A stretch of DNA of 64,000 bases from Carcharhinus amblyrhynchos. Lineage: Eukaryota. The DNA lies in the NCBI GenBank assembly GCA_965287045.1, contig OZ336880.1, positions 53,320,001-53,384,000 on the forward strand. Reading direction: 5' to 3'. A model generated the notes under the pieces. That model saw nothing but the letters and a program-made list of their open reading frames with translations, ran no database searches and was not told where the DNA came from. Positions within the stretch are counted from its first letter, which is position 1. Every line of letters starts with the position of its first letter. Shown one piece after another: positions 23,150 to 34,234 of the stretch. The translations under genes and the position numbers were made by a program.

Positions 23150-24905
23150 AGATGTCTGAGAGTAGGATGTGGAACACTTGATAGAATTAGCTGTTGAAAG
23201 AAACATGTTCTGAAACAAAAACTTCTTGCTGCATTTTTGTTCTTCTTTTTCTCTTCTCCTTTCTTCATTAAGTTAGCAGACAAAGGAAAGGAATTCAAAT
23301 AAGCTTTTATCTGCTATGACTATAGTAAGTATTTTCTGGCCCATATTATTCTTTTGAATCAATCAAAAAGGTTTATTTTCTTGCAATGGAAATAAATATT
23401 ACTGTATACTGCAATCACTGAAGTAAACTCAAATGCATAAAAATATGGTTTACAGGAATGGAACTTAGATTTTGTGTTTTCAGGTGGACTCGATTGCTTA
23501 TTGATAGTTAATGTCACTTCTTGTATTTCTCCATGGATGTTGACTTCTCTATTACAGGTGGTTTGAATTTCCCCTGAATATCACATGAAAACAAAGGGAG
23601 CTTTCCCAGAACTATGTAAATAAACTGTTTCATAACTGAGTGCTATAGTCCATAAACAGGCCAAAAGCCCACATATATACCATAATACGTTACAGTAAAA
23701 GAGTCTCAATGTGGCATATTTTAGGATTTTTGATATATTTTGGATAGGTTTTATGATTTTGTTATGCCTAATTGTCATGTCTTAGAACAGTGCGAGTATG
23801 CACACATTTAACAAAAAAAGCCACAGATTGCAGGTATTGAATCACAGAATTGTTATGGCACAGATGGAGGTGATTTGACTCATTGTTTCTGCATAGGCTC
23901 TCCAAATGAGTATTATGATTTAGTGCCATTCTTCTGCCTTTTCCCTGTACCCTTTAACATTGATTCTATTCAAATAACCATAATGTCCTCTTGAATGCCT
24001 CAATTGTACCTGCTTCTACTACTTCCCCATTCCAGACCTGAAACATTCGAAATATGAGAAAGCTTTTTCTCACATCATATTTCCTGCATATTGAAGTCTG
24101 ATGAATGAGATAAGTGGAAAGGTGCTGACAAAAGCCTTCGGAAGGTGACAACACATGTGGTTCATTATCATTTTCCTATTTTAAAGAAGAGAAGTGAGAT
24201 TGGGTGAAGTAAATAGAATTTGTTTTGGTTGCTATTCTTTACATTAATCAATCTGTAAAATAAAGCAGCTGATTCATATTGACCTTTATCTTGCTGTTTC
24301 AGTCTGCCTTTGAGAACATTGGGGAAGCACACATGAGGGCTTTTATGAAAGAAACAATATCCAGTTTAGGAATGTTGTATTGGTAGTCTCAGGTTACACT
24401 CTTGTATAATTAGATATTGGACAGCACAGAGACAATACTGATTGGGAGACATTTGGATGGTTGGACCACATGAAGAAGTGATTAACATTGCTGTTTCTGA
24501 CATAATGCTAAGGTGAGCCCAGAATTCTTTAAATTAAATAAAACCATGTGTTATTCCAAATGCAGTTCCTATTTTATTTAAACCCCTAAAAATTCTGCAA
24601 ATCCATTTTCAGGAATTCATTAAAGTTGGATGCATACATAATAGGATGTGAATCGCTGTGAGAACATAAGAAATAGGGGAAGGAGTCAGCTGTTTGGATC
24701 CTTGCGATTGATCTGTCATTCTCAAAAAGATTTCTGCAATCCTGAAGAAAATAAACCACAGAAGACAATTGTCATGTTTTTCTTCAAGAACAATAAATAT
24801 GTTGGTTACAAAATTGTAAGAGCCTGAAAACAAATGTAGGGATTACAGTGCAGGGATATCCTGTGACCTTAGTGCTGCTTGCTAATTTAAAAGATTGCAG
24901 CATTT
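23150..24905 (-). pseudogene. N: Endogenous paramyxovirus-like N gene, near full length, copy D; interrupted by CR1 pieces (about 23845-24080 and 24660-24720)
   Basis: 5' part: MLQSFKL..NIFIV..LLWFIFF..MYASNFNEFLK..KFYLLHP. Core (ORF 23581..23778): KIIKPIQNISKILKYATLRLFY..ETVYLHSSGKAPFVFM (23584-23622)..QEVTLTINKQ. Recalled Sendai N: EKNIQIVGNYIRDAGLASF..IDTYLSKGPRAPFICIL..MGVAVVQNKA. The same frame continues into ORF 22975..23298. Confidence 0.72.
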
Positions 24906-25519
24906 TTTAGCCAGTGCTCAGCATGCAATTAAGTAGCTATACACCTGAGTAGGGGGTGCAAAAACCTGAAACAAATGCATGACTTAAAACTAGCCTTAGG
25001 GGAGATGTACTGAGGATGGAGTAGGTGCTGAAAGGCATTCTGAAAGAGATTTTGACATGCAAACGGTAATGGCACATGGCAGGGAGCAGGCTCAACAATT
25101 TTCCATAACTGCACTGGAGGCTTTTTTAAAGCAAATGGGAGGAGGAGAGATGTAGGCCCTGTGGTTTTCCCCTTGGAAACAAGAAACAGGGTTTGTTTTT
25201 GTGTCAGAGATCCAAATCCAGTTGAAAACTCACCGAGTTTCCGATTTTTTGAGAGATGAGCTTGAGCCCTTAATCAATGCAGAGGTGGGCTTCCTGTTCA
25301 ATTAAAGTTAGTGACAGCTGGAATGGAGACAGGTTTCAGACACTCAAGACAACCAGGACTGAAGCTGCTGCTTGTCTGAAGGGAGTTTTGTGCCAAATGC
25401 TGCCACTGCTCCACAGGGACCTGAGGCCACACAGTAGATCCAGAGAACTGGCGTCCATGAGGGAGAGGAGGGAGGTCCTCTTCAGAGGGTGGCAGGATGA
25501 GGCCACCTTGGCATACAGC

Positions 25520-25785
25520 TGTCCTGTGTCATCTGTTTAGTGTCATCTTCCTCTGCCTTTAATTCCTTCTACTCCCTTACTTCTTGTGTCCCTCCTGATG
25601 AACTGCCCCCTACCAGAGCCCCACTGTTTTCAAGGTCCATATCCCACTGGAGGTCCATAATGTGGAGAACACGGGAAATCATCAGGATGACTGAAACCGT
25701 TGCAGAAAGTTATTTCAGGATAGCTTCTGATTCCACCAGGCACCAGAAACAATGCCTCTGATTCCACAATGCCCCATCAGTTGTG
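25520..25785 (-). mobile_element. Harbinger transposase C-terminal relic
   Basis: HCFWCLVESEAILK*LSATVSVILMISRVLHIMDLQWDMDLE followed by an acidic tail, resembling RFRCLD.SGGALQY.P..V..I...CCVLHN. Confidence 0.6.
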
Positions 25786-25789
25786 ATCT

Positions 25790-27950
25790 ATGAGGAGCCG
25801 TAGGCCATCTGCAGCAGCAGAATTGTATTCAACCACAATCTGTAACATAGTGACCTGGCATATCACCTACTCTAACATTATCACCAAGTCAGGGGATCAA
25901 CCTGGGTCAGTGTAGGGTGCATGAAGGAATGCCAGAACACAAGACATACCTAAAAGTAAGGTGTCAACCAGGTGAAGTGAGAAAACAGGACTACTTGCAC
26001 GTCAAAGCAGCAAGTAATAAACAGACCTTAGCGATCCCACAACCGTGGATCAGATCTAAGTTCTGTAGTCCTGTCACATCCAGTCGTGAATGGTACTGGA
26101 CAATTAAACAACTCACTGGAGGAGGAGGCTGCACAAATATCCCCATCCTCAATGATGGAAGAGATGATCAGTGCAAAAGATAAGGCTGAAGTATTTGCAA
26201 CAATCTTCCAACAGAAGTGCTGAATGGATGATCCATCTTGGCCGCCGCCAGAGGTCCCCAACATCACAAATGTCAGCTTTCAGCCAATTCAATTCACTCC
26301 ACGTAACTGCAAGAAACAGCTGGAGGCACTGGATATTGCAGAGGCTATGGGCCCTGACAATATTCCAGCAATAGTAGCAATTGGCTATGGGTGTGGCAAG
26401 TTCTGGGCTTGTGCTCCAGAACTTGCCACACCCATAGCCAAGTTGTGCCAGTACAGTTACAACATTGGTATCTACCCAGCAATGTGGAAAATTGTCCAGG
26501 TATGTCCTACAAAGAAGAAACAGGACAAATCCAATCTGGCCAATTACCGCCCCATCAGTCTACTCTTGATCATCAGTAAAGTGATGGAATGTGCCACCAG
26601 CACTTACATGTTGGTTCCAACATGAATAAAAGAGCTGAATGCCAGGGATGAGGTAAGAGTGACTGTCCTTACATCAAGGCAGCATTTGAGTATGGCGCTA
26701 AGGAGCCCTAGCAAAACAGGAGTCAATGGGAATCAGGAGGAAAACCCTCCACTGTTGGAGTCTTACCTGGCATAAAGGAAGCCAGTTGTGATGATTGGAG
26801 GACAATCATTTCAATTCCAGAACATCACTGCAAGAGTTCCTCACGGTAATATCCAAGACCCAGCCATCTTCAGCTGCTTTCATCAATGTCATTCCTTCCA
26901 TCATAAGGGCAGATGTGGGAGTGTTCACTGATGACTGCACGTTCAGTATTATTTGCTGAAGCTGTCCATGTGTAAATGCAGCAAGACCTGGACAGCTTCA
27001 GCGAATAATACTGAACATTGTGCTGACATGTAGCAAATAACATTCGTGCCACACAAGTGCCAGGAAATGACCATCTTCAACAAGAGACGATCTAACCACC
27101 ACACCTTGACATTCTATGGCATTACCATCGCTGACCAGAAACTGAACATAGGAATTAAGAGCAGAAGTGGGCAAATTCAGCCCTTTGAGCCTGCTCCACT
27201 ATGCAATCAGATCATGGCTGATCTCTGTCTGGTTTCAAATCCACCTCGCTACCTGCTCCCCATATCCCATTAACCTTTCTTTTATTAGAAATATATCTAA
27301 CTCCTTCATGAAACCATTTATTGATTCAGACTCCACTGTGCTATGGGGCAGTGAGTTCCACAAACTCACCACTCTCTGTGAGTAGTTTTTCCTCATCTCA
27401 GATTTAAATCTTCCATCTCCTAACCTATACCTGTGACCTCTTGTTCCAGATTGCCCCATAAGAGGAAACATTTGGTCTACATTTACTCTATCAATTGCCA
27501 TATAAATACTGTGACTATCAGAGTGAGTCAAAGGCTTGGAATCCTGTGGTGAGTAACTCATCTCCTGGCTCCCCAAAGCCAGTCCACCATCTACAAGGCA
27601 CAAATCAGGAGTGTACTTTCCATTGCCTGGATGACTGCAGCTCCAACAACACTCAAGAAGCTTGACAACAACCAAGACAAAGCAGCTTGCTTGATTGCTA
27701 CCCTTTCCACAAACATTCAATCCCTCCACCACAGTGGCAACCATGTATGTCATCTACAAGATGCACTGCAGAAACTCACCAAGGTTTTTTAGTCAGTCTT
27801 CCAAACCCATGACCACTACCATCTAGAAGGATAAGAGCAGCAGATACCTGGGAACATCACCACTTGGAAGTTCCCCTCCAACTCACTCACCATCCTGACT
27901 TAGAAATATATTGCCATTCCTTCACTGTCACTAGGTCAAAATCCTGGAGC
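25790..27950 (+). mobile_element. CR1/L2-group LINE ORF2 (decayed), with a nested minus-strand CR1 3' end at about 27145-27497
   Basis: ORF 26224..26625 (AMGPDNIP..WKIVQVCP.KKKQDKSNLANYRPISLL), FTDD motif near 26925; the nested CR1 appears in ORF 27235..27753. Confidence 0.9.
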
Positions 27951-27969
27951 ATTAATCTCCAAAATGGCA

Positions 27970-29230
27970 GCATTGGTGTGATTTCAGCATTACTCACTGA
28001 TTAAAGTCATGAGTTATCTACTATGCATACTTCTGACTAATGCTTGTGGCACACAACTCACACCAGAATTGCATGAACTCACCACGGATATTATTTTGGA
28101 CCTCTAAGACCATTTATAAAAATGAGTGCTACACATCTAGATATTGCAGTTGTTCAAACCTGCTTTTTAGCAGCTTACTTGTTGCATGTAACTTCATCGG
28201 AAATAAATACTATGTATATTCTAATTGCAACTCTCAGAAACTCATCAGCTCATCTGAAATCATGTTTACCTCAAGTTCATGTGAAGGTAATATCACCTTT
28301 AATGTAGCAAAATGTCCCAAGGTATATCTTAGGATCATTATCAACCAATATTTAACACCGAGCAACGTAAGGAGTTGTGCAGACAGCTGACTTAGTCCTT
28401 GAGCAAAAAGGTAGGTTTTAAGGAATGTCTTAAAGAAGGAGAAAGAGGTGAAGAGTTAAGGGGGGGAATTCCAGAGCCTATGACTGAGGCAGCTGAAGGC
28501 AATGCAGGCAAGGGAGGGGGAAAGAAAATTGAGATTGCACACGAGGTCAGAGTTAGAGGATTGCAGAGATGCTGAAGGTAGTAAGGCTGGAGGATATTGT
28601 GATATGAAGAGGGACAAAGCCGTAGAGGAATTTGAATATTAAGAGTTGTTGGACTGGAAGCCAATCTAGGTGAGTGAGCACAGGAATGATGGGTAAATGA
28701 AACTTGGTGCAAATTAAGATATGGGTAATAGAGTTTTAGATCAGCTCAAGTTTCCTGAGTTTGGAAAGTGTGAGGCCAGCCAGGAGAGCTTTGGAATAGT
28801 TGAGTCTGGATATAATCAAAGCACAGGCTTTAATGGTGGATGGGCTGAAAAATGGTCGGAGATAGAGGATGAAGATAACACCTGAAAATACTGACAATCT
28901 TCCAGTGAGGAAAGCTGACTTTTATAAATTACTGGTAAGCTGACACATTTAAACTGCTGGTGTCAAATTAAAAAAGCTATTGGTTGACATGTATGAATCT
29001 TGGAAGGGGCTTCACACATTTTCAAAGTTTCTAAGAGTTGATGCTTAAAAAGAAGAATTTGTGAATGGCATCAATGCTGAAATGAAAGATCTGAATGTTG
29101 CCTGTAGCTGGTTTATTAGCTAACACCTTCTTGTTCAATCGTTGTTCAATTTATATTGTACTACCCATCTACTGCTATATCTAACTCTGCTTTCTTGTCT
29201 GGGAGTGTCCTCAGGCATCAAAGTGCGTGT
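27970..29230 (-). pseudogene. L: Paramyxovirus-like L polymerase fragment (thumb/capping boundary), tentative; split by a LINE at 28291-28869
   Basis: LMPEDT (29204-29221)..AFLTGRLSVF (from 28915) | HELEV..QLEYT*YL..FEQLQYLD..ELCATSISQKY. Recalled measles L: LMPEET..AFLMDRHIIVPRAAHEIL..MLDTTKGL..ESCSVQLARAL. The first spacing is about 25 aa longer than expected. The insertion is flanked by tgaaggtaa (28282-28290) and tgaagataa (28870-28878), a probable TSD. Confidence 0.38.
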
Positions 29231-29259
29231 GGTTTTAATGTAAGTTAATGTAACTTTTT

Positions 29260-29940
29260 TTGCTTTTCCTTTATATTCATTTATTCACAGCTGTCCAAAA
29301 GACTGTTTTTTATTTAATTAATTCCTGAAAAGCTCTCGCCATTGCTGAGTTTATTTAATTATTACCTCATTGCCAATTTCCTTAATCTCTTCTGTATGGC
29401 TGGTTTTTATCTATTGGCTTCTTGAGTGGCCCTGTTTATTTAATTTATTCCACCCGATTCTCTCTAATACCTCTCTTAATTCATGATGCCTATATTTATG
29501 TAATTAATTTATTGTTGGAATTCACTTACGGCAAAAAGGCAACAAACCTAATTTTATTTAATTAATTTATCATTCATATTCATTTAAAAGATTGCTAGAG
29601 GACAAAAGCCTGAGTTCAAATGTAATTAATTTCACCAAAGTTCAGTAGATTCTACTTATGACAACAAAGGAAAAATCTCAAATTACTCTCATTTCACACC
29701 AAGTTCAGTAAATCTCACTGCCTACAAAAATGCAACAAGCCTGAGTACATTTAACTGATTGCTCCATTCCTTTCTTCACTAAGGTTTGTTACTTGCCACA
29801 AGGCATATTTCTTTATTTATTCATTTTATTGTGGAAATGTGATTTCTGCTTCTCTTTTAATTTATTATTTTCCAACAAGCCCACATTTATTGAATCAATT
29901 CATTTATTGACAGATTTCATTTCAGCAATTCATTACTGTA
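29260..29940. repeat. Decayed AT-rich tandem array (core tttatttaattaatt, spacing about 40-65 bp)
   Basis: Core copies at about 29309, 29350, 29435, 29495, 29553 and 29620; longer unit matches 29633/29697 and 29605/29735. Confidence 0.55.
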
Positions 29941-32399
29941 CAGATCCAATTCCTCAACTGAAGGAATAATAAAGAAATTACTTTATCATGTTCCATAATG
30001 TCTGTAAACCCTCTGACCGACAGGAAACAAAACTACTGCAGGAAAACTACCTGTATAATGTAAAATACAAACCATTAAGTGACCAGAGTCCTTACTAAAA
30101 ACATTAATGTTGAATTTAATTTTATTCTGGAAAAAGTAGCAGTAACTTAATGAGAGGAACATTCTAAAATAGAAAATGTGAACCAAATAAATGCATTTTC
30201 CATAAATGCTAGCATAAGTTTTCCTATTGTAAATGCTGACATAAACGTATTGCCCAAAAATTATAATACAGGAAATCAATGTGCAAAACTTTTAAGTTAT
30301 ATAAGTAATATGTAACATTGCTTTTCTTAAAAAATACTTTGTTTACCTGTGACATTTGAAAGTGAACGCCATATAACCTGATTAACAATCAACCTGATTT
30401 TAATGCAAGTAACATAGGACGTTGTAGGTGGAGAACAAAAGAATGAATCATTCATTTAGGGGTTGTGGATTGTATACTATCCCCATAACTCAAATAGTGT
30501 TTTCAACTTCCAGCAGGGAGTAATCTATCCCGCTCAGAGTTTATGTTGAGTTTTTATTTCCTCATCATGTTGCCCCAACCATGACTATATATCAGTTTAC
30601 AGAGCCATTCAGCCTATTGACAGAGCAATACAGCCTGTCCCACACCTCATTTTGATTAGCGTAACTCTGCAGGTTTATTTCCGTCACGTACTCATCCAAT
30701 TTCCTTTCGAAATTGTTCATCTCCACTATTGAGTGGAGCATCTTTAAAAAGGGAGTCATATGTGCGAGTAGGGAATAATGGGATGGAAAGCTGCAAAGTG
30801 CCCAAGAGGGGAGAAATGAAAGATGGCATGACCAGGTGTCAAAAAGGGAAAGAAGGAGGGAAGAAACGCCAAGGGGTGCCAATGAAAAATGGAAGAGATA
30901 GAAATATCGGACATAGGTCCAAAGCAGCAGCCAAAATGTGAATGTGAATAAGCATAAAGGAAATTAGGATCACACGTGCCTTGTCAGAGATTACATAAGA
31001 TTGGAATTGGAAATATAGTGCATGGAGATGATGATATGAAAGTCTGAAGTTAAATCTGTGGCCCTGTTGTAAAATGATCGCAAGGTATTAAACCATATTG
31101 GCCCAAAACCTCCAATCAGAGCTGTAACCCCTATGTCTAGGCCTGATCAGAAAGAAAACTAACCACTTGCCTGCAAATGTTGAAAAGGTCCCAACTTCTG
31201 ATCCACAATACAGAACTCCCTCCACACAAGAATTGACACAGTGAGCAGTGAAGAGTATTAGCACAAAAGCCACACCCTGCACTAGCTGTCCTATTCTAGT
31301 AATTTCTCAGCTTCTCAGTATGCTAGTGAAATAGTGCATGAGTAAATGGATGAGTGAATGGATGGGTGTGTACATATGTAAGTGGATAGATGGGTCAAAT
31401 TGAGTGTTAGGGTGGTAGGTAGATGGGATGGCAGGTGGTAGGTTGGTCGGGCACAGCTTGGAAGAGGTGTTGGATGGTGGCTAGAGTGGTAGGTGGGTGA
31501 GGTGGATAGGGTGAATGAATGGGTAGGTACAGGTGGGTCAGAACATTGGTTTGGGTCAGGAGAGTTTGTCAGATCAAAGGCTAATCAGGTCAAGATGTGA
31601 GGAGTCATGTAGTGGGGAAAAGTCAGATCTAGTTATGGGGAATTGGGTCAAGGGACGAGTGAGATCAGGATAGAGTCAGGTAGGAGTTGGGGATCAGCAC
31701 GATGGCGGGGGGGTGGAAGCGGTGGGGTTGGTGGGGTAGTCAAAGGTGTCAACTATAAAGTTACCCAGGCATTGACTAGGATATTTCTAACATCTTGAGT
31801 AAGTACTAGGTTAGTATGTCATAACTCTCCAAAATCTCTAACTATAACTCAGGGTTCCAGTGAGCAGGGAAATTGTCCATCGGGAGTTCAAACTTCCCAA
31901 ACAATTGCCACAGAACAATTGCGTTAGGACTCCCAAGTAGTCCAAAACTGCATTTTAGAGCATACATTTCAGCATCCAATGATCTGGAGATCTGAAGAGC
32001 TGGGCCATTGTGTTAATTCCTTTCTTCTTTGGTTCTCTCCTATGCTGACTGACACAAGAGACAGATGAAGTATGTTCATGTTCCTCTTTTACTTGGCTAA
32101 TTGCTCCTGGAGTAGGTTGCCAGCCTGTTGGCAGGTTGTGTTAATTATTGTTTGTGAATTGTATTGTTTGAAATTTCCATTCCTAGAGTTTGTTAGTTAT
32201 CTCAAAATGCTTTCTGTAGTGATTATTGCATCTGCTTTCTCAATTTCTTTATTCAGATTTACTGATTATAGACTTTGTGAATGGTATTTCTATATGATTT
32301 ACAGTATTATATTTTTTGATACATTTAATGGCTATATATTACAGGATAATACAATGCATAAACCATACAGCAAAATCTACCAGTTTAATATGTATATTC

Positions 32400-33120
32400 T
32401 TTAAAGATGCTACATCACAAGTATATTTTTACTTTTCACGGCAAGTTGTAACAATAATATAACAGACTATTATGTCAACAGTAGACCTAGAGAGTAGCCC
32501 CAGAGTTTTTTGGCGTTTCTGATATTATGGAAGAGACTCAATACAACCACTGCAAGATTGTCTGGAACTTGGATACAGTAAGAAGTCTGACAACACCAGG
32601 TTTAAGTCCAACCAATTTATTTGATTTATTTCGGCATCTCCACATCATGGAACTTGGATACCCTAGGCCCTGGCCATCTTGTGGGGTTGGAGATGTGTGC
32701 ACATCCTATGAGGCTAATAAAGTAGTAAAGTTATCCTACGGAGAGAACTCCCAAACTTAGAAGTTCCCACTTGGCCTTCAGTTATGTTCTGGTGTCGCAC
32801 CGGCAGATGTGCCTGGTCTCAGCAGCAATTCAGTGCAAACTGATAGAAGTGGGGCCTGACATGTGATCATCTTTTGGAAAGGGAGAGGAAAGTTAGCATC
32901 TACACATTGCCAGCGAGATTCCACCAGTGTTGCTGGCATCTTCTGTGGGAATGGCTCCAGATTTGCTCTTCACGCTTCCACGGGCCTTCTCCTAGAGACC
33001 TCGCCTTCACACGAACATAACGAGATCAGCAGCAGAGTTCAGCAGTGGGACAGTACTGATACCATTGTGCTTCAACAGGCTTTCTGAGCCCAGTATCTTT
33101 TGAAATGGTTGCTGCAATAA
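32400..33120 (-). pseudogene. N: Paramyxovirus-like N core fragment, copy E (tentative)
   Basis: After removing the Penelope insert: GPRVSKFQTIL, 15 residues, then LWGYSLG (32485-32505, one frameshift). Recalled Sendai N: GPRAPFICIL-15aa-LWSYAMG. Upstream IAATISKDTGLRK. Confidence 0.5.
32577..32647. mobile_element. Tiny Penelope terminal-repeat insertion with a perfect 14-bp target-site duplication
   Basis: tggaacttggatac at 32563-32576 and 32648-32661 flanks an inverted Penelope terminal repeat joined to cggcatctccacatca. Confidence 0.85.
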
Positions 33121-34234
33121 TCCAAATTCTCCAATAAAAGATAACACATTTCCAAATTTGAATCAAAATCTAAATCAAATAAATATCAAGAACAAAATAA
33201 GTTACAGATCTGTGACCTCATAGAAGGTAATTAAAATAGCTACAAAAACAAAATGACACAGCAACCGTCAAAACATTCTCTCCACATGGTGATTGTGACA
33301 TCAAAGGATTCTCTTAGAATAACCAGAACAATATTTGCTGACTGGAATATTTGTGAGTTTTCTTGTGTGTTGGTGTTTATTTAAATTATTTATCAGCTTT
33401 CCCCACTTACTATCATCAATGCATTTCCTGCTTTGGATCAGGTAAACAAAATCACTGAATTCAATCATAAATGTTCCTATGATGTGTCATTTCATAGTAT
33501 GTTGAATTCTAATATCAGTATGCTATTGAGTGTTATTTTTAATTTTCTGAACACTTTTCCTTCTTCCCCTCTTGTGTTGACTCTGGATGGAATTTTACCC
33601 TTGGTAATGGGCTAAGAGATGGGAAAACTGGCAAAATGGTGCAGGAAGGCATCAAGGGTGTGCCTGGTGCCATCCTGCCATCATGTCATTTCATTTGTTT
33701 GTGGCAGGAAATCTGCCAGAACGGTTATATGCCCAGAGTCCAGCCTAAGCATGTAAGTGGCCAATTAAAGGCCCCCTTCCATTTCCATGGGTATTTGGGC
33801 ATTTCGTTTCTGACAGGGTTGGGAGTAGGAGTGGTGGTAGCAGGAGGCTCCTACCACGTGAGGCTATCTGGTGAATAAGGCAACAAAAGGCCCACAGAGG
33901 GGCTTCCATGGCAATGACACCTACTGCACATTGCAAGCTCTCCCACCCTGAATGTCGGGCCTACCTGACTCTGGTGATGCAACCCCATTTATCCATCTTT
34001 AAGGATGCCTCAGTCATTGAGGCGACATCTTCCTATAGCTGCAGCCTGAGCACTGGCCACCAGTAGAGGTGGTGCTACTAGCTACTAAGGTTGCTGGGCT
34101 TCTGGCCCTGTGATTGGGTCAGCAGCTGTTAGATGCAGGCTGCTACACTAAAAAGCAGGTCCAATGGCTGCCACTTAATTGGCCACTACTGGCAATATAT
34201 CTCCTGAGGTTTCACCACTGATTGAAACAGGGTT

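Noticed and set aside
23581-23778. Type II membrane or attachment glycoprotein (hydrophobic stretch)
   Set aside because: Flanking motifs (IQNISKILKYATL, YLHSSGKAPF) fit the N core better; the hydrophobicity probably reflects decay.
29260-29940. CRISPR array
   Set aside because: Eukaryotic context, short degenerate AT-only core, irregular spacing, related linkers and no cas genes.
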